Positions 12,194-24,054 of a stretch of 64,000 nucleotides of DNA are shown in pieces. The DNA is from Camelus ferus (lineage: Eukaryota), in assembly GCF_009834535.1 (NCBI RefSeq), contig NC_045697.1, positions 56,608,001-56,672,000 on the forward strand, in the 5' to 3' direction. A program made the position numbers and the translations under genes. The notes beneath the pieces were generated by a model, which searched no databases, was not told the DNA's origin, and worked only from the letters and a program-made list of their open reading frames with translations. Each line of letters begins with the position of its first letter. Position 1 is the stretch's first letter.

Positions 12194-15100
12194 ATGGCAA
12201 TAAACACACATCTATCATTAATTACTGTAAATGTTAATGGACTAAATGCTCCAGTCAAAAGACATAGAGTGGCAGACTGGATAATAAAGCAAGAACCTTC
12301 AATATGCTGCATACAAGAGACCCACTTTAGGGAGAAGGACACATATAGATCGAGACTGAAAGGATGGAAAAGGATATTCCATGCAAATGGAAAAGCCAAA
12401 AAAGCAGGTGTTGCAGTACTGATTTCAGACTAAACAGACTTTAAAACAAAGGCCATAAAGAAAGATAAAGAAGGACATTTTATAATGATTAAAGGAGTGA
12501 TACAAATGAGGATATTACACTCGTTAATATATATGCACCCAATATAGGAGCACCTAAGTACATAGAACAATTACTAACAGAGATAAAGGGGAATATTGAT
12601 GGGAATACAGTCATAGTTGGAGATTTTAACACTGCATTAACATCACTAGACAGATCTTCCAGACAGAAAATAAACAAGGCAACAGAGAAATGAAATACTA
12701 CAATAGAAAAACTAGATTTGGTGGATATTTTCAGAGCATTACACCCCCCAAAAACAGGATATACATTCTTTTCAAATGCACATGGAACATTTTCCAGGAT
12801 CGATCATGTACTTGGGCACAAAAGAAACCTCAACAATTTTAAGAAGATAGAAATTATCTCAAGTATCTTTACTGACCACAATACCATGAAACTGGAAATC
12901 AGCAACAGAGAAACAAAGGAGATTGTTTAATCTCCATGCTTTCCTTTTTTTCTTGAAAAAACAATGGGTCAATGAGGAAATCAAAGCTGAAATTAAAAAA
13001 TACCTTGAGACAAATGATAATGAAAGCACAACCACACAAAATCTATGGGACACAGCAAAGGTAGTGCTAAGAGGGAAGTTTATAGCAATACAGGCCTTCC
13101 TCAAAAAAGAAGAACAATCTCAAATAAACAATTTAATCCACCACCTGAATGAATTAGAAAAAGAAGAACAAAAAGCCCCAAAAAGCAGCAGAAGGAAGGA
13201 AATAATAAAGATCAGAGAGGAAATAAATACAATAGAGATTTATAAGACCATAGAAAAAATCAACCAAACCAAAAGCTGGTTTTTTGAAAAAGTAAATAAA
13301 ATCGACAAACCTCTGGCCAAACTCACAAAGAAGAAAGAAGAGAGAGCACAAATTAGCAAAATAAGAAAGGAAAATGGAGAAATTACAACAAACAAAATAG
13401 AAATACAGAATATCATATGAGAATATTATGAAAAACTATATGGAACCAAACTGGATAACCTAGAGGAGATGGACAAGTTTCTGGAAACATACTGTCCACC
13501 AAGACTGAATCAAGAAGAATCTGAACACTTGAACAATCCGATCACTAGAAAGGAAATAGAAATAGCAATTAAAAACCTCCCTACAAATAAAAGTCCAGGA
13601 CCAGACGGCTTCACTGGGGAATTCTACCAAACATACAAAGAAGAATTCATACCAGTCCTTTCAAAATCTTCCAGACGATTGAAAAGGAGGGAATACTCCC
13701 AAACTCATTCTATGAAGCCACCATCACCCTCATACCAAAACCAGGCAAAGACACTACAGAAAAAGAGAATTATAGGCCAATATCACTGATGAACATAGAC
13801 GCCAAAATCCACACTAAAATATTAGCAAATAGAATCCAACAACACATAAAAAAGATTATACATCATGACCAAGTGCGGTTCATCCCAGGGACACAAGGGT
13901 GGTTCAACATACGCAAATCAATCAATGTAATACATCACATCAACAAGAGAAAGGACAAAAACCACATGATCATCTCAATCGATGCAGAAAAAGCGTTTGA
14001 TAAAATTCAACACCCATTTATGATAAAAAATCCCTCCAAAGTGGGTATAGAGGGAACATATGTCAAAATCATAAAAGCTATATATGACAAACCTACAGCC
14101 AGCATAATACTTAACGGTGAAAAACTCAAAAGCTTCCCACTAAAATCTGGGACAAGACAAGGATGCCCACTATCACCACTCCTATTCAACATAGTCCTGG
14201 AAGTCCTAGCCACAGCAATCAGGCAAGAGAGAGAAATAAAAGGGATCCAAATTGGAAAAGAAGAGGTAAAAGTGTCACTATATGCGACGACATGTTACTA
14301 TATATAGAAAACCCTAAAAGGTCCACACAAAAGCTACTAGAGCTGATTGAAGAATTCAGCAAGGTAGCACGTTACAAAATTAACGTTCAAAAATCAGTTT
14401 CATTTCTTTACACTAACGATGAATCAACAGAAAAAGAAAGTAAAGAAACAATCCTCTTTAAAATAGCACCCAAAGTAATAAAATATCTGGGAATAAATCT
14501 AACCAAGGAGATGAAAGAATTATACACAGAAAACTATAAACCATTGATGAAGGAAATTAAAGAAGACTTTAAAAAATGGAAAGATATTCCATGCTCTTGG
14601 ATTGGAAGCATCAATATTGTTAAAATGGTCACACTGCCCAAGGCAATCTACAGATTTAATGCAATCCCTATCCAATTACCCAGGACATATTTCACAGAAC
14701 TAGAACAAATCATAATAAAATTTATATGGAACCATCAAAGACCTAGAATTGCCAAAGCATTACTGAAGAGAAAGTAAGAAGCTGGAGGAATAACTCTCCC
14801 AGACTTCAGACAATACTATAGAGCTACAGTCATCAAGACAGCATGGTATTGGTAGAAAAACAGACATATAGACCAATGGAACAGAATAGAGAGCCCAGAA
14901 ATGAACCCACAAACTTTTGGTCAACTCATCTTCGACAAAGGAGGCAAGAATATACATTGGAATAAAGACAGTCTCTTCAGCAAATGGTGTTGGGAAAACT
15001 GGACAGCAGCATGTAAAACAATGAAGCTAGAACACTCCCTTACACCATATACAAAAATCAACTCAAAATGGATTAAAGACTTAAACATAAGACAAGATAC

Positions 15101-15983
15101 AATAAACCTCCTAGAGGAAAACATAGGCAAAACATTATCTGACATACATTTCAAAAATTTTCTCCTAGTAGAAATAAAAGCAAGAATAAACAAATGGGAC
15201 CTAATGAAACTTACAAGCTTCTGCACAGCAAAGGAAACCAGAAATAAAACAAGAAGACAACCTACGGAATGGGAGAAAATTTTTGCAAGTGAAACCGACA
15301 AAGGCTTGATCTCCAGAATATATAAGCAGCTCATACGACTCAATAAGAAAAAAATAAACAACCCAATCCAAAAATGGGCAGAAGACCTAAACAAGCAATT
15401 CTCCAAGGAAGACATACAAATGATCAATAGGCACATGAAAAAATGCTCAATATCACTAATTATCAGAGAAATGCAAATCAAAACTACAATGAGGTATCAC
15501 CTCACACCACTCAGAATGGCCGTCATTCAAAAATCCACAAATGACAAATGCTGGAGAGGCTGTGGAGAAAGGGGAACCCTCCTACACTGCTGGTGGGAAT
15601 GCAGTTTGGTGCAGCCACTATGGAAAACAGTGTGGAGATTCCTCAAAAGACTAGGAATAGACTTACCATATGACCCAGGAATCCCACTCCTGGGCTTGTA
15701 TCCAGAAGGAACCTTACTTCAGGATGACAGCTGCAACCCAATGTTCATAGCAGCACTATTTACAATAGCCAAAACATGGAAACAGCCTAAATGTCCATCA
15801 ACAGGTGACTGGATAAAGAAGAGGTGGTATATTTATACAATGGAATACTACTCAGCTATAAAAACTGACAACATAATGCCATTTGCAGCAACATGGATGC
15901 TCCTGGAGAATGTCATTCTAAGTGAAGTAAGCCAGAAAGAGAAAGAAAAATACCACATGAGATCGCTCATATGTGGAATCTAA
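12194..15983 (+). pseudogene. L1 ORF2 (EN-RT-CCHC) pseudogene, copy A
   Basis: [40 protein letters not shown] and [18 protein letters not shown] are all present. Broken by TAA 12431, -1 frameshift ~12506, TGA 12691, micro-inversion 12922-12952, TGA 13418, frameshifts ~13660 and ~14286, TAA 14775 and TAG 14853. Confidence 0.97.
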
Positions 15984-16298
15984 ACAAACAAAAACAAAAA
16001 CAAACAAACAAACAGACAAAAACAAAGCGTAAAAAAAGGACAGAAATAGACTCATAGACAGAGAATACAGACTTGTGGTTGCCAGGGGGGCGGAGGATGG
16101 GAAGGGATAGACTGGGATTTCAAAATTGTAGAATAGATAAACAAGATTATACTGTATTGCACAGGTAAATATACACAAAATGTTATGGTAGCTCACAGCG
16201 AAAAAAATGTGACAATGAGTGTGTGTATGTCCATGTATGACTGAAAAATTGTGCTGAACACTGGAATTTGACATAACATTGTAAAATTATTATAAATC

Positions 16299-16319
16299 AA
16301 TAAAAAATGTTAAAAAAAA
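16299..16319 (+). terminator. L1 copy A polyadenylation signal (AATAAA) and short A tail
   Basis: aataaaaaatgttaaaaaaaa immediately before the TSD. Confidence 0.85.
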
Positions 16320-16375
16320 TTTTGCACATCATACTCCACCTCAGTATCTGCTTTTGGAAAATCCAATTTGTGACA
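16316..16375 (+). mobile_element. LTR16-like LTR 3' fragment, right part
   Basis: ttttgcacatcatactccacctcagtatctgcttttggaaaatccaatttgtgaca resembles the LTR16 terminus (tgcac...ctccatctcagagtctgcttc...aacccaacctgcgaca, recalled). Confidence 0.5.
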
Positions 16376-16734
16376 ATATATTTTATGTAAATCAGACAAA
16401 ATTCATTTTATAACATTTTATTCTAAACATGTTTGTTCTATTAACTTAGGAGGTTTCATTTTTCTTTCCTGATATAATTTTAATGACTCAGAGAAAATAT
16501 TAAGTTTATTTATATAAAATGATTGATCTTATTAGCTTTAGCAGCTTCATTTAAGAAAATGAATAACATGTTTTCCTGAACAGCTCATTGACTGTCTCCA
16601 CTATATCAATTCATTTTCTCAGAAGAAATTAAGGATTGAGATCAGAATATGGATATGTTGCAATAGGTGGAGCTATGGGACAAAAGTGAGAAGCAATATG
16701 CTTTCAAATTTCTCCAAATTTGTTTTATTATTTT

Positions 16735-16735
<1 letters not shown>

Positions 16736-16793
<58 letters not shown>
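16736..16793. repeat. (TATC)n tetranucleotide microsatellite
   Basis: Directly visible perfect array. Confidence 0.97.
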
Positions 16794-17084
16794 ATCTTTC
16801 CACTAGGAAAGGAAGAATGAAGACAGTATTAGAATCTTTTGAAAGAAACATATTAGAGAAAGTTTTTCATTTTATAATTTCAGGGTAAGTTTTATTCAGA
16901 ATTTTTTAATTGCCCAAGTTATTGTTACTTTTAAGCATGTACAAATTCTCTACACTATTCAGAAGTAAATATTAATTGTATGTATTTCATTGTAGATAGT
17001 ATTTTAAGCTTCAGGATGTAATCCATTTTTTCTTTGAAAAAAACAAGTTAGAGGTAAACATACTATTAAGACACACTAACATGT

Positions 17085-17330
17085 TAATTCATTCACACAT
17101 TCTTTAGGTATTTATCCAAGTCCACTGTATGAAAGATAGTCTGTTACATAAGGCAAAGATAATTAATAAATCATGCCATTCATAGGGCTTACAACTTACT
17201 CAGGGAGACAGACATATAATTATGTTACTACAGTATGGTGTAATAACTGCTGATAAAGAAACTATGATGAATAAAATAATATGTACTTGAAGGAACAACA
17301 AAATCAAACCTGCATGAGTTGAGAGGTGGA
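17085..17330 (-). mobile_element. L2 3' end fragment
   Basis: attcattcacacattc...tatttatccaagtccactgtatg...gggcttacaacttactcagggagacagacat resembles an antisense L2 tail. Confidence 0.5.
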
Positions 17331-17449
17331 TGGAAAGAGAACATGCAGACACAAACTCCTTTCAATTTCCAATACTACAATTCTCTAATTACATTCTAAC
17401 TGGTTTAGTCAGTATTATTTGTAGAATGAACATTTTAATAAAATTTATG

Positions 17450-19700
17450 CCTGTGTAAATACTAATTCAGACACAAGGTGCGTAATGTATTCTGCTTTCA
17501 TCTTTTATATTATTTCTTCTGAAGTTATTTGATGCTTTTCTTTTTGCTTTCTTATTTTTCCACCCACTTATCAATTTTCTTACCCAATTGTTCTTCATAG
17601 GGTCATTTCCTCAGATCTTCACCATAACCCAACCCAACCCTGCACCCCTTGAAATCTTTCATCATCTTACTCCAGTCTGACTGGAGTTTCCAGGCTTACT
17701 ATTCATCATCATCCTGGGACTTCCCTCATAATCATCTTTGGAATTCCTTCATCTCTGTTCTGACTGGATACAAAATTTCAGGATTCCATATTTTTTAACT
17801 GTTTTACTTGAAGCCTTTCTTCATGTATATTATATATTCTAGTTATGTAGCCTGTTAATATAAAGTTAGGTTTTATACTTTAGTACCTGAAAATGCTATT
17901 ATTTTACTCAATGACTTATTAATGTTTTGATTTTTGACACTGATCCATTGTATTTGTCCTATATGTATTCTTTGGGGAAAGTTTAAAGATCTCTTCATTA
18001 ATCCTAGTATTTTAAACACTTAAGGAATCCTGATTAAGAATTCTTTTCATTAATTTTTTTGATTGGGTGATTTATATTTTTTATTTTGGGGAAAAGTTCT
18101 TGTGTTATTTATTTAATTATGACATTCTACCTTTTTCCTATGTTCTTAATTTCTGACTATCTTGTTACTGGATCAGTAGATTTTACATGATATTTTCCAA
18201 TATTTTTTCTGTTTGTTCTGCCTTTTGAACAATTTATAAACTTTGTCTTCTGATTCTTCTACTGATTTTTTAAATTATAGAATAATGTTTTTAGTTTCTA
18301 AAGATATTTCTTATTTTCTGACTATTGTATTATGCATCCCAGTATTGTTTCTCAGCTGAAGTATCTCCACTTATCTCTGAGTATTTTTCTAACCCTTTTT
18401 TTCCCCTGACCCACTTGATTCCTCTGTTTACAATTCAGTTCAATTTTTCTTTTCAATTGTTTGGTTTTTGGTGTCCTCTGTTAGATTTTTCCCTAATGAT
18501 GATCTGGAAACCTCCATTGAGGTTTAAGATAAATGTCTTTGATACTGGTCAGAAGTTGATAGGAATAGGTTGGGCCTGTGAATGGCTCTCTCATGAAGGA
18601 AGTCATTGAGAAAATCCTATGAAAGGAAGAAGCCTGCAATCTATCAACTTTCTTTACTAAAGGGGTGTCCCTGGGGGAAAAAAAAGAAGGCAAGTGACCT
18701 GGTCTTATCTCCTTGTCAATCTGAATTCTGAGTAAACAGACTAATGATACTAGGAATAGGAGAACTTCACTATAAAAAGTCCTTAACAGGATGTCCCTAG
18801 CTAAAGATTATCTATAGTAAAAATGGAGAATTTATGAATCATTGGTCTCTGGAGGATGTCACATGGATTACATATTTGTGGGGAAATACAGAGATTTGTG
18901 ATTATTTAAATATTCCTTCTGTGTGGGTGACCCTGTGAATCTCACACAGCGATCTCACGTATTTTGGATCTGAGTGTCGTGGACTGGACAGGAAGAATTT
19001 GGGATGCTACTCTTGATATCCCAGATATCTCATTGCCTTGTCTGAGCTTTTTATTGGTTATATCATTCAAAGTATTTGCTAACTCTTGATATTAGGTAAA
19101 AATATTTGATTCGTATGAGTCTAATATGACAACCTGATCTTGTGTGTTAGCCCACCTGACTTCTAGCATTCTTAGAGCTAAGTATGGTAAGAAAGCTGGA
19201 ATTCTTTCTTTTTAGGCTGTAGTCTTTTGCCTAATCTAACTTTTTTTTTTTTCATTATGACAGCTGTTCTTTATGTGCACTGTGTCTGATATCCTGTATT
19301 TGGAGACCCTTTGGTTCAAATTTTTCCCCAGAAATTAAGCTTCTTTTCTCTTTCTTGAAAAGGGAAGTTACCCTGTCAGCTGAAGAAGTAAGGGAGGGGA
19401 TAGAGAACTATCAAACTTAACTTTATAGTTTCAGCAACCTCTACATTTCAGCTCTATCACTGTCTTGTAACAGTTATTTGGGATCTACAATGGCTGAAAG
19501 TTTTGAGCAACTTCAGTTCTTTTTTTGTTGTTGTTGTTAACATCCCAATGTGTATGCATCTTTTTTCTAGTTAACTTTAAACCATCAGCTTTCTGTTTTT
19601 CAAACTTTTGTTGCAAACCATTTTCTGCATTTCCCTTTCTCTTTGTATTTGAGCACGATTATGCAATTTAATCATTTACTCTCATTTTAGTAGGATTTTG
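17450..19700 (-). mobile_element. Ancient HAL1/L1ME-like element (antisense ORF1 region and UTRs), highly diverged
   Basis: T-rich antisense-ORF1-like text (ctgaaaatgctattattttactc..., ctgatccattgtatttgtcc..., aaagttcttgtgttatttattt) and catcatcctgggacttccctc resemble HAL1 as recalled; boundaries approximate. Confidence 0.45.
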
Positions 19701-19899
19701 AGTGAGATTGGGCATCAAATGAATGTAAAAATCATTAGACTATCTTTTTAAAGACAAGATTTACTGTAATATATTTCAAACCTCAGTAATACAGATTATG
19801 AAATATCACTTCCAAAACATCTACAGGGATTTTTGCTAAAAAGTCAGTCATCTAAACAGATTATTCACCATTTGTAGTCTTAAATTCCAAAGGTAGTTT

Positions 19900-20990
19900 T
19901 GTTTCTGGTAATGGCCAAGTTAGCTCCTATCTGAATTATCCTCTGCAGATAATAAATATGAATACTGTACAAAATGCAACAAAAAGAAAGACTACCCAAA
20001 GGCATTGGAAATGACCCAAAATGAACAGATCCTGGGGAGTAGTCTACACTTGGAAGAATGGAATGACACAGAGTCTTTAATTTACTCTGGCTATTATACT
20101 GAAGGCAGTTCAAGACTGTGTCATGTATAGTGGCTAAAACTTCAATAGAAAATGAATAGTCTTGATGATTTGAAAGACAGACCAGAGGGAAGATTCTGAG
20201 ACAGCTATAGCTGTTAGTAAGTGAGGGCACATATTGTAGAAGAAAAAGCAAGAAATGGAGAACACCAAATTGAGGCTAGAAACTATGTTCATATTTATAG
20301 AACAATGACTCTGTGTACTGGACTCCAAGCATTTCATCTAGGGTAAAATAACTCAAACAAGACTGGAGCTACCATTCAAAGACAGATTTTGCAGAGTGGT
20401 TTCACTAAGTAAATGGCAAAGTAAATGGAAAAAAAAAAACTTCAGAAGAATACTACAAAATCCATAATCTTTAAAACATAACATTTAGAATCTCCAGTGC
20501 ATCCTAAATCACTTCAAAATATGAAGAAAAAAATAACATTTTTCCATTTTTAAGAGAAAATACAGTCAACCAAGACTGACACTAAGATAAAACAGATGTT
20601 GGAATTAACATACAAATTTTAAAATAACTATGTTGAATGATATAAAAGAATATATTTGGAATGAATAAAAAGTTAGGAAATCACAACAGAGAGATAGAAA
20701 CCATAAAACGACTATGTAGAAAAATTTACAAAGTGATTTTCAAATATATATGGAAATGCAAAGTTCTATAATATTGAAAGAAATCTTGAAAAAAAAAAAC
20801 AGCATGGTTGAATGACTTACAAGAACTGATTTCAAGGCTTAATGTAAAGCTATAGGAACCAAAATAGTGTGTCACTTAGTATAAGGACTAACAAACAGAG
20901 CAACAGAATAGGATATGTTCAAAAATAGATCCACATTTTTATAAGTCATTTCATTATTGACAAGGCACTGAAGCAATCCAATGGGAAAAT
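19900..20990 (+). mobile_element. Old L1M element: 5' UTR, ORF1 start and ORF2 fragment, internally deleted
   Basis: agagaaaatacagtcaacc...aaacagatgttggaattaacatac (ORF1 start-like); atatggaaatgcaaag...ctgatttcaaggcttaatgtaaagctatagg...ttgacaaggcactgaagcaatccaatggg (ORF2-like). Confidence 0.6.
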
Positions 20991-20991
20991 G

Positions 20992-21480
20992 TGTAGGAAA
21001 GGATTCATTGACAGGTCTGGGTTGCTCAAACCCTGCACGTTCATTACAAATTCCTATCTTCAGGAATGGCCTCGGGCTGGCTCCTGGGAAATGGGCTCTG
21101 ATCCATTAGAATACTCTGTTCCAGAAGAGCATTTTTGTATGCTTGACATTTTGGGCCAAGTTGTACAAATATGATTAAATAGTTTATTCTTACCATATAA
21201 TATATGATGAATGCATGTCTTTCTCTGGGGGTCTGGAATCTAAACAGCTGAAATGGTTATGCAGGTGCTTCATGCCTTCATGACAGATCCCCCCCAAAAT
21301 TCCTGGACACCAAGGCTTGGGTTGGTTAGTTTGACTGGTGAGATTTCACATGTCTTCTCACACATACTGCTGGGACAATTAGCCATATCCAGGTAACTCC
21401 ACTGGGAAAGGACACCTGGAAGTGTGTGCCTTGTTTCTCCCAGACTTTGTCCCATATACCTTCAAGCTTTGCTAATTTTA
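20992..21480 (+). mobile_element. MER77/MER21-like ERVL LTR inserted in the old L1
   Basis: Starts tgtaggaaaggattcattgacaggtctgggttgctcaaaccctgcac; contains cctggacaccaaggct...actccactgggaaaggacacctggaagtgtgtgcc. Confidence 0.6.
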
Positions 21481-21484
21481 AGAA

Positions 21485-21915
21485 ATGAAGATGAGAGAGT
21501 GCTCTGGATTAATGGCAATGTTCTATACCTCGATAGGGTTAGTTTGCATAGATTTATTTGTATGTTAAAACTTACTGCATAGATATATTTATATGTTAAA
21601 ACTTCTTAAATGGTACACTTAATATTTATGCATTTCATTGTATGTAAGTTTTACGAAGCAATATTTTTAAACCTAGTTAATGATATGTATACTGAAAATT
21701 TCAGGGTAGCCTGTGTGGATGTCTGTAACTTATTTTGAAATGTCTCAAAAAGACACATAAAATAATGGATGGAAATTGGGATAGATAAGTGGATAGATAC
21801 GCATACAAAGCAAGTCTAGTGAAACGTTAATGCTTGAATCTAAGTGACAAATATATGAGTGTTCAGTGTAAAATCTTCTCAACTTTTATGTTTAAAAATT
21901 TTCCTAATAAAATAT
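21485..21915 (+). mobile_element. L1MC-type 3' UTR fragment
   Basis: atggtacacttaatatttatgcatttcattgtatgtaag...ctagttaatgatatg...atatgagtgttcagtgtaaaatcttctcaacttt...taataaaat. Confidence 0.6.
21545..21604. repeat. Tandem duplication, 2 copies with 31-bp period
   Basis: tgcatagatttatttgtatgttaaaactt(ac)tgcatagatatatttatatgttaaaactt. Confidence 0.85.
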
Positions 21916-22999
21916 TTGAAGAATCCCAAACTGGATCATTACAACAAACACGGCATTTTTACTGTGATTTTGAAACTGAAGTATTAATCTCAATAAAGTT
22001 TCCTCAAGAATTTTTCTTTGAAAATTTTATGGTTTTCCTATTGATCTCTTAGTTATTGTTATCTTAAAAAAATGTCCTGAAAAGAGTTATCTTCTACTGT
22101 TCTCATTGCTTTGGTTTTAGAACTGCTACTACAAATTGCTAAACAGTTAAAATTTGCTAGTATTAAAGCAATAATCTATTTTGTAATCTTGGGGTAGATT
22201 ATAGTAGTATAAAATGCCAAGTGGATCCACTAGTTAATAATAAAAAGAACCAGTTGCCTGTATGAATGAGAACTCAGTAAAGAAAATGAACTAGAAAAAA
22301 TGCAATAAAAAGTTCTATTAGGCTTATTTTACTCCATAATGTTCTCACTATTCAGAAATAGTCTACTGGAATCTGGTTATATTTCATGATTATGCCCTTA
22401 TATTGTCCCCATACTTTCTGTTTAAATTTTTACAACAACAGCTTTAAATATATTAGTTTTCATCACATTTTAGTCTATCTGTATTTCATCCAAGCAACAA
22501 GATGAATGGCTAAATGAGCCAGACTTGACAACATTTTAGGTATATTCTCATATCCTCTCTTATAGATCATTCTAACATGCACATTGTATTTCACTGAAAT
22601 ACAGTGCATGGTCCTTAATATGTATCTGAACCTAATAAGAAACAAATCAAAGCCAGAATAGAACAAAATAGTTAATATGAAATTTAAAAATCTCTTCAGT
22701 GCTTTTACAGCCTTTATAGACAACTCTGTATGAAGGTTTCTATTATTTTATTTCACATAATATTACAACAATACAAGTTTGGGAGTGATTATCACTAAGT
22801 TTCCTCCTATATGCAATTCCTTTCTTTTTTTCCATTTGATAGGATTAATCCTGTAGGAGACATCCTTACTGTAACTTCAACATTTTTATATGAAAAAATT
22901 AAATGCACAATGCTCTGTACTCCTCTGACCTTCCAAATTACATTATACCTGTTTCTGTCAAGTACTAGTGTGTACCTGGTGAGTGCACTTAGCATGACT

Positions 23000-23482
23000 C
23001 CATCCTCACACAATATGTTTTTTAGTGTGTTGGGTGTGAATAACCCCATCCCCATCTCCTGGGATGGGTCCTGATTTGTGTGATTCACTGGGAGCTATCT
23101 CAATATTCCATTCATGGCAATTGCTCTGATGGAGTCCCAAATTACAGTTCAAGATTGTTTTAGTTCTAAGGATGAGGAAAGAAAATTTTCTTATTCTTGC
23201 TTTGAACAGTTTGGTGTACAGATGTGAGACTCCAATTGTTCTAGAAACTTTATTATCAAAAAGAAAACTATCTGAGGTTTTAGTCAAAACACAACAAAAG
23301 GTAGAGGTAATCAAATGACAAGAAGAAACAGAGGCAGATATATGATCAAGCCATGCTTTAAAATTAAGCTTTCTCAAGATATTTTCAATTATATAAAACA
23401 ATAAATTCCTTGTTGTTCAAAACCACTTGAATTGGGTTTTAAGTTTTTTTTTTTTTAAACTGAAATCATTCTAACTGAAGCA
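23000..23482 (+). mobile_element. Old MaLR LTR (MLT1K/L-like)
   Basis: 3' end aataaattccttgttgttcaaaaccacttgaattgggtttt...aactgaaatcattctaactgaagca is typical of old MLT1. Confidence 0.45.
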
Positions 23483-23729
23483 CATACTCATGGCATTGTG
23501 TCGTTTCTCTTTGTACTTATTTCTCCCATATTAAATCATGAGCTGCCAGAGACCAGAAGCCATAACTTCTTCATCTTTACATCTCTAAAACCCAGCAGAC
23601 AGCCTGATTCATATCAGGATTCAGTAAATACTTGTTTAAAAAAGTGTATCATTCTAATGCTAATTGTCAGATGGATTTTTAAAAATTACTTTTTTCAAAT
23701 CAGATACATAAACTGTCAAGCCTCACTAT

Positions 23730-24040
23730 TCACATTTATTTGTAACCCTCAAATTAATGCTCAAGGTGTTTGTGCAGTAATTCTCAGAGACCTTGGAAAA
23801 TTTTGAGTCACCAGATGTGCATGTGCATGTGCCTGGCTGAGGTCAAACAAGGCCACTTTTTGTCTTGAAACTTCAGCTGTCACACAGGAATGACCAGAAG
23901 ATGGAGATGGTAGGGGACAGTACAGAGTAGTGCAAGTTGCTCCATCTCTAGGGCAAGTTGGAACTCTAGCACCTGTTAGAGGGTGAGCTCAGGCAAGTCA
24001 CTGAACACTTTTGAACCTCATTTTCTCTTTTTAAAAATAA
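23730..24040 (+). mobile_element. MER47/Tigger5-like DNA transposon fragment
   Basis: tttatttgtaaccctcaaattaatgctc...aaaattttgagtcaccagatgtgcatg...ctgaggtcaaacaaggc resembles MER47 as recalled. Confidence 0.5.
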
Positions 24041-24054
24041 ACTTTAAAAAAGAA

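Larger units (their letters stand above)
9233..16319 (+). mobile_element. Full-length LINE-1, copy A (~7.1 kb; ORF1 intact, ORF2 disrupted)
   Basis: GC-rich 5' UTR starting gagaagatggc, ORF1 10894-11796, ~400-bp inter-ORF spacer, ORF2 remnants 12194-15983, AATAAA at 16299 and A tail. Short TSD aaaatttt at 9223-9230 and 16316-16323 (aaaattttg-like with one extra t on the left). Confidence 0.98.

Noticed and set aside
14921..15481. Long antisense ORFs over L1 ORF1/ORF2 (also 34139-34531, 35146-35502, 38148-38528, 12070-12399)
   Set aside because: Shadow frames of A-rich L1 coding sequence; no independent evidence of coding.
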